DNA of 63,133 nt, filler included, from Basidiobolus meristosporus CBS 931.73 (GCA_002104905.1; 3 parts of 3 records of this genome joined end to end with filler, not necessarily neighbours in it), one strand, 5' to 3'; shown: positions 1 through 12,801, counted from the first letter of the whole stretch. Translations and numbers: made by a program. The notes: a model not told the origin generated them from the letters alone.

Positions 1-4
1 TTAT

Positions 5-442
5 TCAATGTATGAGTGCTATTAATACTTCCACACGCTTGAGGCCAAAATACCTGTGCAATGTGCTTAAGATGGTCTCAAGTGCATGTTTGCAAAGTTC
101 AGGGAATTTTAGGTAACCTATCAAATTTGCATGTTCTTGGTACGTGACATTTTGGTGAGAATATTCTAAATTTATCTCTGCAAAGAACTTGGAAATGAAA
201 TCTAAAGGGTCATAAACTAATAAACCCATCATGAATTGCTTGGTTTTTGTGAAAAATCTGGAGCATCTGTCTTCTAGTTGAATATTGTTTAACATTGCCT
301 GCCAGCCTAAAACTGCCAAGATCAGCCAATTTTTAGAAAATAGAGTCTGTATATTGATTTGGTGCTCTGATACAGGGTGTTTCAATATCCAAGTCATATA
401 ATAACTTGTCTCATCTGAGCTTTGCAAACACTTGGATACCAT
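5..442 (-). pseudogene. Unidentified decayed coding relic in CpG-depleted DNA, probably transposon-derived
   Basis: 145-aa open frame in sequence almost free of CpG. No motif recognised. Confidence 0.2.
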
Positions 443-1098
443 TGGAATGTTACAGGCTCATCACACTACTAAGCTCTCACAGCAACACATATTATATGGC
501 TCATCAAGTGCAACAACTATCACTTGATAGTCCAGCCCCCAGGCTGCCCTACTGCCAGTGCCACATACCCCTTTATTGCTCATATCTGTACTTTATCATG
601 TATCCCTATGAAAAATCTTGAAGTTAGAGTTCATTGGATTTTCAGCTGGTATTCTAATAGTGTTTTGCTGGTATTCAGCTTGTGTTTTTCTTCAAATATT
701 CAGTTGTAATGCTTAGTGGAAGTAGTAGACAGCTGATTACCAAATCTGGTATTAATGCTAGTTAACTCAGTCTTGCCCTAGAGCATATATCTGCTTGTTT
801 GCCATACAGCTAGTGCCTGATATTGAGAGTTGTCAGTTTCAGATACATGAAGTTCCACTGATATTTTGATGGTATTCTGCTGGTCTTTTGTTAATTTTTT
901 ATTAGGCTATGTATACAACAGTAAGACTTACATACAGCAATAAACAAATGGGAAGTGTCCAGATACAAAAAGTAAATCAGACTTTGTTCTTAGGTGGTGA
1001 TGCAGGATATGACTCTAAGTTTTTTCCAGGAAAAGTGAAAGTTATGTGATTTTGGAGTTACATACGTCAAGTAATGCTTGTGCATACTATCAAGATAA

Positions 1099-1446
1099 TG
1101 TTGTAAAAATTCGTATTTCCACCTAAATATTCACCTAACTTAGTCACTTAGATCATCACCTTCAAATCCTAGAGAATACTGACCAAATTCCTTGTTGGGA
1201 TTTACTTAGAATATTTTCACCAAAATGCCAGGTACCCAGAACATGAAAATTCTCAAAGTTGTCCAAACAGCCCCAAACTTTGCACACATGTTCTTGGGAC
1301 CTTCCTTAACCTATTTTACATGCTTGTAATGCCAAGACCAGGTAAAAGTATAAATACTACTTTTACATTCAATAAATCATTACTTGAAAACCACATAATC
1401 TACTTGTTCTCCCAATCACTTCCAATATTCCAAGACTCTTACAACA
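1099..1446 (+). repeat. 5' LTR of Copia-1
   Basis: 348 bp, TG...CA. Differs from the 3' LTR by 7 substitutions and 1 indel (by eye). Confidence 0.95.
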
Positions 1447-1458
1447 GGTTATGAGCCC
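1447..1458 (+). promoter_or_regulatory. Primer-binding site, Ty5/copia type (internal tRNA-iMet priming)
   Basis: GGTTATGAGCCC directly after the LTR. It is complementary to the anticodon arm GGGCTCATAACC of fungal initiator tRNA-Met. Confidence 0.85.
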
Positions 1459-1922
1459 CAAGCTGTCACTCTCTGCAATGTCTACTACTGCTATTACTGG
1501 AATTTTTCCCTCTGCTGAAAAGTTGGATGGCTCTAACTACCAAGTGTGGAAGGTGAAGATGAAGATGCTGCTACAAGAAAGAGGCCTTTGGGATATTGTC
1601 ATGGGAGAAGAATGCCCTCCTAAAAACATGGGAGAGGAAGCCTTAAAGTACCAGAAGAAAGAACAAAGTGCCTTTAACTGTATTTGCCTTAATGTCAAGG
1701 ACAAATTGCTAATTCAATGCTCAAGAGCAAAAACAGCAAAGAATGCCTGGAAGGCATTAGAAGACACCTACCAGTCATGTTCAGCTGCCAAGAAAATGTA
1801 TCTGAGAAGAAAATTCTTTACTACAAAGATGCTGCCAGGAGAAGAAATGAAAAATCTAATTAACAGTATTACCCTGCTGGTAGATGAGATGGAATCTGTG
1901 GGCGTACTAACTACTGATGAGG

Positions 1923-3165
1923 TGTTGTGTTGTATTATGATTAGTTTGGGGCTTGTTCTACAATGTAGAGGCTAATCAACAATATACAACAACTTCCAGT
2001 ATGCTAATACTGAAATAGTTTATTGGGAGTTTGATATACCGATAGAAGATATAACTTTCACTAATTTCCTCAATCTTGGGCTCAAAATATACGGTAGGCA
2101 GTGTTTATCACTTCTACAGCAGTGTTCTGACCTTCTGTCGACTAATGGGCTTATTTACTTTTATAGTAACTTTTCCTTATTTGGAAGTCACTTTCCTTTC
2201 TGAGAAAATATTTCCTAATATGGAAATTCTGAACTCCCCTTTAACCTAAAGGGGTGTGTTGTAGAAGTCTCTAAAGGGGTCTTTAGACCTAAAGGGGTGT
2301 CTAAAGGGGTGTCTTTAGAGTAAAGGGGCTTCTTGTAGTGGTCTCTAAAGTGGACTTTACACTAAAGGGGTGCCTAAAGGGGCTTCTTTAGAGTAAAGGG
2401 GTTTCTTAAAGGGGTCTCTAAAGGGGTCTTTAGACTAAAGGGGTATCTAAAGGGGTGTCTTTAGAGTAAAGGGGTTTCTTAGAGGGGACTTTTCCGACAG
2501 AAAAGTGGTAGTTTCTTGTAGAACTTAGATTGGATTCTTGTGAGCTTTGCAGTCTCTTTACTGATGTAGTACTGATCAAAGTCAGAATACTCAACAGTGC
2601 AAGTGATGCAGGGGAAGTCTTATAACCTTTAAACTTGTAATCGTAGTGTGGAGATTCTGGAAAGAGAGGCTCTCCCTTTATTTTTCAGCTGGGGAAGTCA
2701 TATATATGAAAATTTTGAAGGATCAAAGTTTTTGGGCGATTGCGCAAGCAATACACGTGATACAAAGCTAAAATTTTGCAGTGGCGCAGATCGGACATAG
2801 GCGCAGCACCTGTGAAAATTTCACGTGATTTGATTGGCTGGTTCGAAAGTTACACGCGATCAAAGTCACCATAGTAAACCTAGCAATAAGGCATAGTATA
2901 TATAATAGTTAGACTCTTTTGGTCATAACTCCTTAAGTACTGCTTCAAATGAGCTGTAATTTGAAACATGTGTTGGCTACTACGTGTTCTGTATGACATA
3001 ATATTCTTGGGTGGATTGCTTGTCAGGGTCTGGAGCACTTGTTCTTCAAAGTTGGAAATTCTTGATCTTTCACTTGTGTGTTACAATAGCAAAAAGCAAA
3101 ATAAAGAAATGAGTGCAATATTGGTTTAGAGATATTGTAGTAATGGAATACTTTCCATTACCACA
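1923..3165 (+). mobile_element. 1243-bp solo-LTR-like insertion in Copia-1 gag
   Basis: TG...CA ends and a 4-bp TSD GAGG/GAAG (one mismatch). The empty site is reconstructed from the copy at 35,920-35,945. TATATATAA near 2897 and AATAAA near 3100. Confidence 0.8.
2236..2490 (+). repeat. G-rich minisatellite of TAAAGGGG units inside the solo LTR
   Basis: About 14 GGGG runs in irregularly spaced (C/G)TAAAGGGG(T/C) units. Confidence 0.9.
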
Positions 3166-6100
3166 GAAGATGTGATAGTTACCATCCTGAATAGCCTGAC
3201 AGACAAGTTTCAGGGCCTTGTATCAGCCCTAGAGTCCAGAACTGAAGATTTGACCTTAAATTACGTATATGGAAGGCTCCTGGATGAAGTATTAAGAAAA
3301 TCAAGCGCCAATAAGAAGGAAGAAGAAAATGCTTTAATAAGCAATGATAACCAACAAAGGAGGTACCCAAGACCCTACAAAGGTAACAGCAACCTATTTT
3401 GCAACTACTGCAAAAGGAAAGGACACACATCAGACGGGTGTTTCAAAAAGAGAGATTATCAGCAAAAGAAGCCTGAATATGGAAATGCTGCAACAACTGA
3501 AGATAGACTATTCATATCTGCACTAAATATGACCACAAACAAGGATTCTCAGACGTGGTATATTGACTCTGGAGCTTCTCAACACTTTACACACCAAAAA
3601 GAACTTTTTACCCAATATCAAGAAATTCCAATTAAGAAGGTTTTCATGGGTGACAATTGAACACTTGATGCAGTGGGAGAAGGAACTATCCAAGTAAACC
3701 TTAGAAGCAGTGAAGGAAGCCATACACTGACCTTCAAAGAAGTACTCTATGTACCAGAAACAGCCAAGAACCTACTCTCTGTAAGCAAGGCCACAGCAGA
3801 AGGACTCAGTATCACTTATGACAATTCTGGATGCAGGATCACTGATCAAAATGGTGCCCATATTGCTTTGGGCATCAGAGATCAAAATCTATACAAGTTG
3901 ACTTATATTCCATCATATCTGGAAGCCAATATAAGTAACTTAAATGAAGAAACACCAATGCTTTGGCACAGGAGATTTGGACACATCAATTTTGATTATT
4001 TGCGTAAAATGATCAAACATCAGCTAATTTCTGGAGTGAAAATTGATCCCCCCGCTAATTTGGAGCACTGTGAAGCCTGGATATATGGGAAACAAGCCAG
4101 ACAACCGTTCAAGAGCTCTGGGTTAATCAAAACTAAGAAAAAATTAGATCTGATTCACTCAGATCTGTGTGGACCTATGCAAAATTTATCCTTAGGCGGG
4201 ATGAAGTATTTAATCACTTTTATTGATGATTATACAAGATACACATGGGTCTACTTCATGGAGAGAAAGGAAGAAGCTCTGTCCAAGCTCAGGGAGTTTA
4301 AAGCCATGGTGGAGAGAGAAACTGGTGAAAAAATCAAGAAAATACGCTCTGACAATGGTGGAGAATATACCTCTAAACTCTTCATCCACTTCTGCAAAAT
4401 TCATGGGATAAAGCAGGAGACTACTGTACCATACTCCCCACAGCAAAATGGAGTAGCAGAACAAGCTAACAGATCAATAATTGATATGGCAAGATCTATG
4501 ATCCATGATCAAAAATTATCCTATGATTTTTGGGTGGAATCAGTTGCCACTGCTGTATACCTTAAAAATAGGAGTTATGACAGAATACTTTGTGATTCTA
4601 CTCCATTTGAAGCATAGTATGGATACAGACCAAGTGCAGAACATCTAAGAATATTTGGGTGCACAGCATATGCCAAAAAACTGGCCGGAAATCAGTCAAA
4701 ATTTGAGCCAAAAAGTGTAAAATGCATATTTTTGGGCTACAGCAATGAGAGTAAGTCATACAGACTCTACAATACCAAAGCAAAGAAGCTTATCAAGTCC
4801 AGGGATGTGTTGTTTCATGAAAGTTCAAAATTTTCACAAAAAATGATATCAGATGATGACAAAAATTTGATCTCAAGTCCACCAATTGTCAGGATTGAAT
4901 CAGAGCAAAACAATGAAAATTTTTTCACTCCAGAGGACTCTACAACCGTGGTTCAGCCAGAATCAGTGCCCAGGAATATCCCAGAAGTGATCATTCCAGT
5001 ATCAAATGCCCGGAGATCAAATCGGACAAGAAATAGCCCAAATTACTATATTAATGAGGGTACAAACTTAGCCTATGCCTATTCAGTCCATATTGATGAG
5101 CCCCAGACTGTAAAAGAGGCCCTAAATAGCCCTCAGACAAAGTTTTGGAGATCTGCAATGACTGAGGAATATCAGGCCCTAATGGAAAATCAAACTTGGG
5201 ACTTAGTCAAATTGCCAATCAACCAAAAATCAATTGGATGCAGATGGGTCTTCAAGACAAAATACAAGGCTGATGGCACAATTGAAAGATACAAAGCAAG
5301 ACTTGTAGCCAAAGGATACTCTCAAACAAAAGGACTTGACTATACTGAGACCTTTGCACCGGTAGCCAAGTTTAATTCCATCAGATTAATATTGGCTATT
5401 GCAGCCAAATATAAGTTTTTTATTCATCAAATGGATGTAAAAACTGCATTGTTGAATGGAGAACTTGATGAGGACATGTATATGGACCAGCCTGATGGGT
5501 TTGCTGACCAAGATAACCCCCATTTGGTCTGCAAGCTTAAAAAGTCACTATATAGTCTCAAACAATCACCAAGAGCCTGGAATTGCAAGATAGATTCTTA
5601 TTTGGAATCTTTGAGTTTCAAAAGGAGTAATGCTGACTATAGTATATACTATAAGCCAGGTAGAGCAAATCCAGTTCTATTAGCTCTATATGTGGATGAT
5701 CTTATTATAGCCACCAATAACCTAGAAACATAGGAAGAGACTAAATCCAGCCTATCTAAGGAGTTCAAAATGTCCAATCTAGGAGAACTTAGTTACTACT
5801 TAGGGATTAAGTTCTCCATAGACAGAAGTACCCAGACTATCACCCTAAGTCAATCCAAGTATATTCAAGATATACTAAAGAAGTACAAAAAGGAAGACTG
5901 TAAACCGGCAGCTACCCCAATGGAGACAAACCTTAACTTGGTCAAAACTCCACCAAATCAAGAGAGCTTGGTGCCATCTGAAAGCCCTGGCTTTCCTTAT
6001 CAATCTATGGTCGGCAGTCTGATGTATATCATGCTTGCAACACGTCCAGATATCTCATATTCAGTGGGAGTTGTCAGCCAACATAATCAGAATTATGGAT

Positions 6101-6680
6101 CTGATCATATTGCAGCAGTTAAGCGGATTTTTAGATACCTAAAAGGAACTGCTGATATCTGCTTAAAATACACTTATAAGGATTCAGAACAGGATCTTGT
6201 GGGATACTCTGATGCTGATTGGGGACGGAATTTGGAAGACAGAAGATCCACCACAGGATACACCTTTCTTTACTGTAAAGGAGCAATTTCATGGAATTCA
6301 AGAAAGCAACCAACCGTAGCACTTTCTACCACAGAGGCAGAGTATATGGCAGCCTGTGAAGCCACAAAAGAAGCAATGTGGTTAAGAAAGCTCCTTACAG
6401 ATTTAGGCCTATGTCAAAATACGCCTATTACTTTATTTCAAGATAATCAAGGATGTATACAATTTGGTAGAAATCCAACTTTTCATGCTAGAACCAAGCA
6501 CATAGATATTAGTCATCATTTCATATGTGAAGCTATAGAGAATAACTTAGTTAGCTTAGTTTACTGTCCTACAGATGAAATGATTGCAGACATATTTACC
6601 AAGCCATTAGCTAGAGACAAGTTTTAATAACTTAGGTCAAAATTAGGACTAGTCAGTATGAACATTTAGCTGAGTGGGAG

Positions 6681-7029
6681 TGTCATAAAAATTTGTATTT
6701 CCACCTAAATATTCACCTAACTTAGTCACTTAGATCATCACCTTCAAATCTTAGAGAATACTGACCAAATTCCTTGTTGGGATTTACTTAGAATATTTTC
6801 ACCAAAATGCCAGGTACCCAGAACATGAAAATTCTCAAAGTTGTCCAAACAGCCCCAAACTTTGCACAAATGTTCTTGGGACCTTCCTTAACCTATTCTA
6901 CGTGCTTGTAATGCCAAGACCAGGTAAAAGTATAAATACTACTTTTACATTCAATAAATCATTACTTGAAAACCACATAATCTACTTGTTCTCCCAATCA
7001 CTTCCAATATCTCCAAGACTCTTACAACA
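6681..7029 (+). repeat. 3' LTR of Copia-1
   Basis: 349 bp, follows the PPT and is followed by TSD GATAA. Confidence 0.95.
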
Positions 7030-7034
7030 GATAA

Positions 7035-9480
7035 TAGTTAAGCCTAAAACCATATTACTGATGCAAGGGATGGCACATTGAACCAATATTGGCAATGGGG
7101 GCTCCAAGGATTACTGCTACTTCTTGCCAAAATCATTCCACAATGAAGATTATATTTACATTGTACAAATGGACAACTGCAATACAGATAGCAACATACA
7201 GCTCAGAGACTGTCTGGATACTGTCATACGTAATAGCTTTATGTCATTCACATCAGAAATGCCACCATTGCAAGGTTGCAAACTTGCCCAGGTTCCACCG
7301 CTATGGGAGGAAAACACCATTCACATTCTGGATATAGTTCAGTAATATCTCTGCTACAGAAGCTCATGCAGTCCAACAAGTAGTGTGAAGCTTTAAGGTA
7401 CTGCACACTGTGTTAATGCAGCTCTAACAGTTTCAATATATTTGATGGCAAGTATTACTAGAAATTAAGAAGCTAGGGCTACTTGAAGGTATGTATGACA
7501 ATGCCTTTGCCTTGGCTTTTGAAAGATTCTCATTGAACAAGTACTCTAACAGTAAATCCTGCTGGCCACTGATTCTCAGCCACCAGAATCTACTGCCACT
7601 CTAATAATATCAAAGCAGAAATCTGACAGTAGTCTCACTGATATCTGGGCCCAAAACATTGCCGATCCTTTTGTATGCTATCCAGTGGGATACCAGTAGA
7701 TGGCTGTTATATAAAAGCACATATTATTATCTGCATTAGAGATACCCCAGCCATAAACATAGTAGATTGTATTTTCTGACAAAATGTACAGTATTGTTAT
7801 AAAATATGTAACATCCAGGGGATATGCTCCATGACTCACACACATTAATAGCATGCAAAAACCAACACCAACAATATCATTTTTCACAGAGAGAAGGCAC
7901 ATAGGTCAGCATGCAGTTGCAGCACAGCTGGCAAGCTATAGGTCAATGACCAGAATATGGAATTAACCAAAAATATTATATCCTTAGGTTGGGGGGAACT
8001 TATTGGAGCAAAAGTCTCCTACTGTGAGCAATGCATTTGCTCTTTAACATTACCCCAATACTAACAACAAAGTTGTACATGGGGCATTGCAAGCTAAATG
8101 AGCCTTCTGAGATGCCAGAGAAATCTGAAAGAATTGGCCAGATACTACAGAGTATCTCTTGCCCAAATTACATTGCACAGGGTTCAAGAAATGTTCATAC
8201 TCATATGAAACAATACAATTGCAAGGACCAAACAAACTGGATTTGTATTTATTCAAGTGGCCCAATGATGCAATTTCTTCCCACAGTACATTGGAAGTAT
8301 TGGGAGTCATACCTTGACATTATAGAGGTATTTGTCCAGATGCAGATGACAATCTGGCACATCTGCAGCTTTTATACAGGAGTTTGTGGCAGGATTTGAG
8401 CAACAATGCTATAGGCATAAAGCTGAGCACATAGATCCCCACTGCAGTTGTATTCACTCTCTACTTCATCTTGCTTGCTATGAAGAGAACATTGGCCTAT
8501 GCTTCACTTATTGAGAGTCTCCTATGGAACTGATGTTTCATGTGATAGAGAGAAGAGTCAAGTCTCCAGTTCTGATATATCCCAATCACATCAAGAGTAT
8601 TACCTTTAAGCCTGTCATGCATGTGGTGAACTGGTTCATAAAGGACAGAGAGAAAAAGTTGGGAAATTATGTACACCAATGTGCACATGGAGACACCTAT
8701 GCATTTTGCCATAATCACATAATATCCCTGACCTTTGATGATCTGGCCAAATCAGGTTGGTGAAGAAATCCCAGTTTCTTACAGAAGATTCTACCACATT
8801 CTAGCAACTTCTTGAAGACTATAAGATAACATCACACAATAGAACATTCCATGGAAGCTTCCCATTGGAGTTTATGTAGTCCCACACCATATTTGGTAAA
8901 TACATATCACATGAACTAGTGCCATGATCAGCTGACCCCCTGCATATCCCCATGTGATGGTCTAGTCTGCTCTTTAGTATATTTACATCTTGTCACACTT
9001 ACTGTGCCTCATCTCAGAACCTCATTGGTATTAGCCAATATCTGTTGGCATCCATTTTGCCAAAAAGTATATATAGTCCTATCCCCCCTTGTGTATTCCT
9101 TAGTTTGATAAGCACAGGTCTTGAATAAACAGTTTTGCCTTGGAATCTGCCTTGCCTTGTTGATCCACACCTAAGTCCTTTCCTGGTCCTGCCTTGCCTA
9201 GCTCTAGTGTCCTACCATGTGTCTATTCATAACACCTTTGGCATCAAGAAGCTAAGCAGCCCCAATTCATGGGTAATCAGTTGAGTAAGGCCAGGTTTGA
9301 CTGGATACAACAAGCAACCAACTATTGTTAGGACAATTTAGCATCTTTTCAAGTAATACACTGAGAAGCTGTAAAGTTAAGGTGTTAGAAGTGTGTCACT
9401 TGTGTCAGGTGAAACCATATGTAGAGGTAATGGCTGTGGTAAAAGGATCACAGACAGCATTGTGACAAGATGATCACCAT
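7035..9480 (+). pseudogene. Decayed CACTA/EnSpm-type transposase (copy A)
   Basis: Colinear nucleotide similarity to the better-preserved copy at 29,283-31,973 (e.g. CWPLIL, HLLFNI, PVLIYPN segments). Many stops. Confidence 0.75.
8707..9234 (+). mobile_element. 528-bp solo LTR inserted in CACTA copy A
   Basis: TG...CA, imperfect 5-bp TSD CATTT/CCTTT. Interrupts sequence that is contiguous in copy C. Similar to 20,550-20,972. Confidence 0.65.
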
Positions 9481-9489
9481 TAACTCTCA

Positions 9490-10520
9490 TAGGCAAAGGG
9501 AAAGGAAAGAAAATATACCTTAGCCAGTGACAGAGAAGGAAGAGAAAAAGCTGCAATTCTACCAGTTAACGCCATAAGCCTAGAGCAGTAGGAATCTCAT
9601 AATACACAAGCAGAGTTACCAGCAAGACAATAGCCGCTTTTGCAAGGGTCTGAAGCACAGCCAGTTGTGCTACACTCCAGTGAGGTAGATGAGCTTGCAG
9701 AGAAAGGCACTACTTCTACCACAGCCTCCATCTCTTCCATTGTAGACATAGTGGAGATTTCACTGGCAGGCAAAGCAACAATGTCAATAAATCTGAGGAG
9801 TACCACAATGCCTTCAGTGGAGTTCTTGCATAGTCATAGCCACACCAAAGGTTGCAACACTTCTTTAAGAGCAGTGCTCAAAAATCCCACTCAAATATTG
9901 CAAGCATATATTGCACGGACCAGTCAATGAAGGTCTGGACTTTGCAGCTCCAGCTAAAAACCAGGACATATGGGAGCCAGTGAACCAACAATGGCATAAA
10001 GCTGCAGAGTATCCATCAAAGTCCTGGGTCAAGAACATTAAGACAGAAACACTTATTGCAGGGTGGATGTTAATGGAGCTACTTGTTAAGTGTGAGGTAG
10101 GGCCCATTGTTAGTGTTAGGTGTTGGTACATGTAAAGGTTGATACTATCTACAATTGGGCAATGGCTGCAGATTCAATAGAGATATATTAATCCATATAT
10201 ATGAGAAATAGGAGTATTGCTGGAGTCAGTAAGTGAAGAGTTAGCAAATAGGCATTAGCCAATCAATGATGACAAATACAAGGGATGATCAAGTGTCTGG
10301 AATCAGGAAGTGAGAAATATGGAAGTGAGCTAATTGAAAGCAACTTAGGGACCATTGAGATGCAAAATTTTACCCAAGTTATTTGTGAAATCTGGGGTGC
10401 AATTCTTCTTCAATGACTTTGGCATGCTGCTCTGACAGCATCAATAGCACTTGGTCCAAAGATTTTGATTTTGTGACAGCCTTGCAAGGATGATAACAGT
10501 TATTTTCATAAAGTATCTTG
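9490..10520 (+). pseudogene. Fragment of the CACTA-associated second ORF and its downstream region
   Basis: Homologous to the minus strand of 24,300-26,150 (EAQPVxLHSS.VDE.AEKG; FVKSGVQLFFN segment). Confidence 0.6.
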
Positions 10521-12801
10521 GGACTTACAAATTCAATTTGATTGGAGAAGTATAAATAAGTTCAACTGAGCCTTTGTTTTGGTGTGTGTTCCAACAAAGC
10601 CACACATATATCTCAATAACACCTAGAGTTCAACAATACCATTCTGGGTTCAATCCAAGCCTAGTATATATAGGACTCCCAAGAGCACCAAGCCTAGCCT
10701 GCATAGCAAACCAATTGTGTTGTCTTGATATCCAATCCCAGCTATATCCTGAATAATATTAGACTAGAAGCTCTCTGCTATTAATTCTGCTACTCCTTGA
10801 CAATTATAAGATTTAGCACTTAATTGTCCTTCTGATTCAATAGAAGCATTCATTGGTTTTTGCTGCACTTCTCTATTGGATACAACACATGTATAGCTCA
10901 ACACTAACTTTCATATCCATTATATTGGTAAATTGACCCCATAGTATATTGTACTAGACTAGATTAACTTATTACATCTTGACATGGTTACATTCTGTGT
11001 GTTGTATTCTGAAAGCCTTTCCCATCATGCAAGCTGATACAGTTTATCCCCAACATTATTTCAGTATGCTTCAGGCTTTATCTATATCCAGTGGTAAAGG
11101 TAGGTTTGGAGTTCTAGTGAAGGCATGAGATCAAAAACCTTTTGCTTAGTGTGCTAGTTAGAACCAGCTTCTACTTGAAATATTCATGGACAAGAACTTC
11201 AATTTGCATTACAAAACATCATGTGGTCCAATCAGATACACACCAGCTGTGAAGTACCATGCACCTTCTAAGCTATTAAATCTGGGCTACTTTACAGGAT
11301 TATACAGATGCCAGGAAGTTGAATCTATGATAAGTATATGGCGACTGGATGTTCCATTGGCAATCATTCATCTAGTTTACAGTGCAAGCGTCACAGAGAA
11401 TGTCTGGCCAGTTATTCACAACATCGATTCCCACAGTGGCAAGGGTAATATTGAAATAGTGGAGGAAATTATGGTGAAGTGGGATGTAATAATCAAAACT
11501 ATGCGCATTAAGATTTCCAACTTGCTTCATACCAATTACCTCTGGATTTTGTCATATGGCAAATCAAATTACATAGAGTTAAAAATGGTGGAAAGTGTAC
11601 CTCACAAGTAATCCAAATATACTATTATCATATTTCAGTTTTATTGTTATACATAGAGATGTCTATTTACGTTACAATGTCTAACAAGCGCAATTATTAC
11701 ACATTGAGTATTCCCCATAGGCTCTGTGTATTGAACATTCTTGTGGGGGTAGTCCAAGACGCATTGGGTTTCTGCTACATCTTGACCAGCCTACATCAGT
11801 ATATAGGGATATGAATTGCAATCCTCCAAGTGCTCAGCTCCCTTCTGTCTAGCATATTCAGATGCACTCTACGTTGAGACTGCGGCCTGCTAGATACTTG
11901 AAGTTGAAGCCTTTATTAATGTTAGCATTAGCTACATTCAGATTGTTGTACTTTCTGGTCACTAAGCGCAACAATGGGGCTTGAACAGTTGTTGTCCTAA
12001 TAGCGGGTAACACTTGGATATTCTGATAACAGTCTTTTGCATCCTGGACACAGGTCAAACTGCGGTAGTGGACTCTTCAATATTGGTGGGTACAAGGGGA
12101 GGAAGAGAAGCAATGCCTAGAATCACTGCTACAATAGTTGCACGCATATTGAAGGAAGCAGGTGAATGAATGAGTGACTGGATAGCACGGTAGGCTATGT
12201 ATTATGGTTTTGATGAATACTTTCAAGTGTAATAGATTACAAATCAACATTTTGTTTGGTTTTCAAATGAGGATGTGCAATGATCACTGCTCACACTTTA
12301 TGTCATTGTTGGAAAAGCAATATTGTCAAATACTGGGAATGAAAAAATCCACGCTTTCTCATGTACAAATTGGCTTCTCTCCCATAAATGCACATATAAC
12401 ATATCTATAGAATACATTGCCCACTTTCCATTTCACTTCTCTAGTTACTACTTATATTTTCTCTTGCTGATACGCTTTATTGCCAAAGTATCTAATTTTA
12501 AATATAAAATCTACTTCTTGTACCAATTGGAGCACACACGGCTGAGTGATGACAATTTGTGGTTGTTGCTGCTTGGGATGATAGAGGGCCTGGTTGATAA
12601 CCTGCGCTTAGCCAAACTGATTTGAGTTGGATAGCGCATTGTCAAAATATGATCACTGTTGCAGCACAGCCAGTATTCTCAAAACCACAGTTGGAATCCT
12701 TGGTACATTTCTGATAATTGGCTCCCCTTTTGAGAAAAAATAATGTTGGTTCAAGTGTATCCAAAGATGTTGAGAAGTCATACACCACCTCTGAATATTA
12801 T

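Larger units (their letters stand above)
1451..6627 (+). pseudogene. Copia-1 gag-pol polyprotein, about 1310 codons after removing the insert; three in-frame stops
   Basis: Removing 1923-3169 restores the frame (GAG GAT GTG). Motifs: gag_2-type N-terminus, CNYCKRKGHTSDGC knuckle, WYIDSGAS protease, HSDLCGP/RSDNGGEY integrase, YVDD RT, YSDADW RNase H. Stops at 3658, 4615 and 5731, all in one frame. Confidence 0.93.
1099..7029 (+). mobile_element. Full-length Ty1/Copia LTR retrotransposon (family Copia-1), interrupted by a solo LTR
   Basis: LTRs at 1099-1446 and 6681-7029 (TG...CA). Perfect 5-bp TSD GATAA (1094-1098 and 7030-7034). PBS GGTTATGAGCCC at 1447-1458, PPT TGAGTGGGAG at 6671-6680. 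Domain order gag-PR-IN-RT-RH. Confidence 0.97.

Noticed and set aside
10900-12800. Possible RT or captured host-gene remnants (e.g. ORF 11,186-11,611)
   Set aside because: Only isolated 3-4 residue resemblances and no colinear motif series, so no call is supportable.
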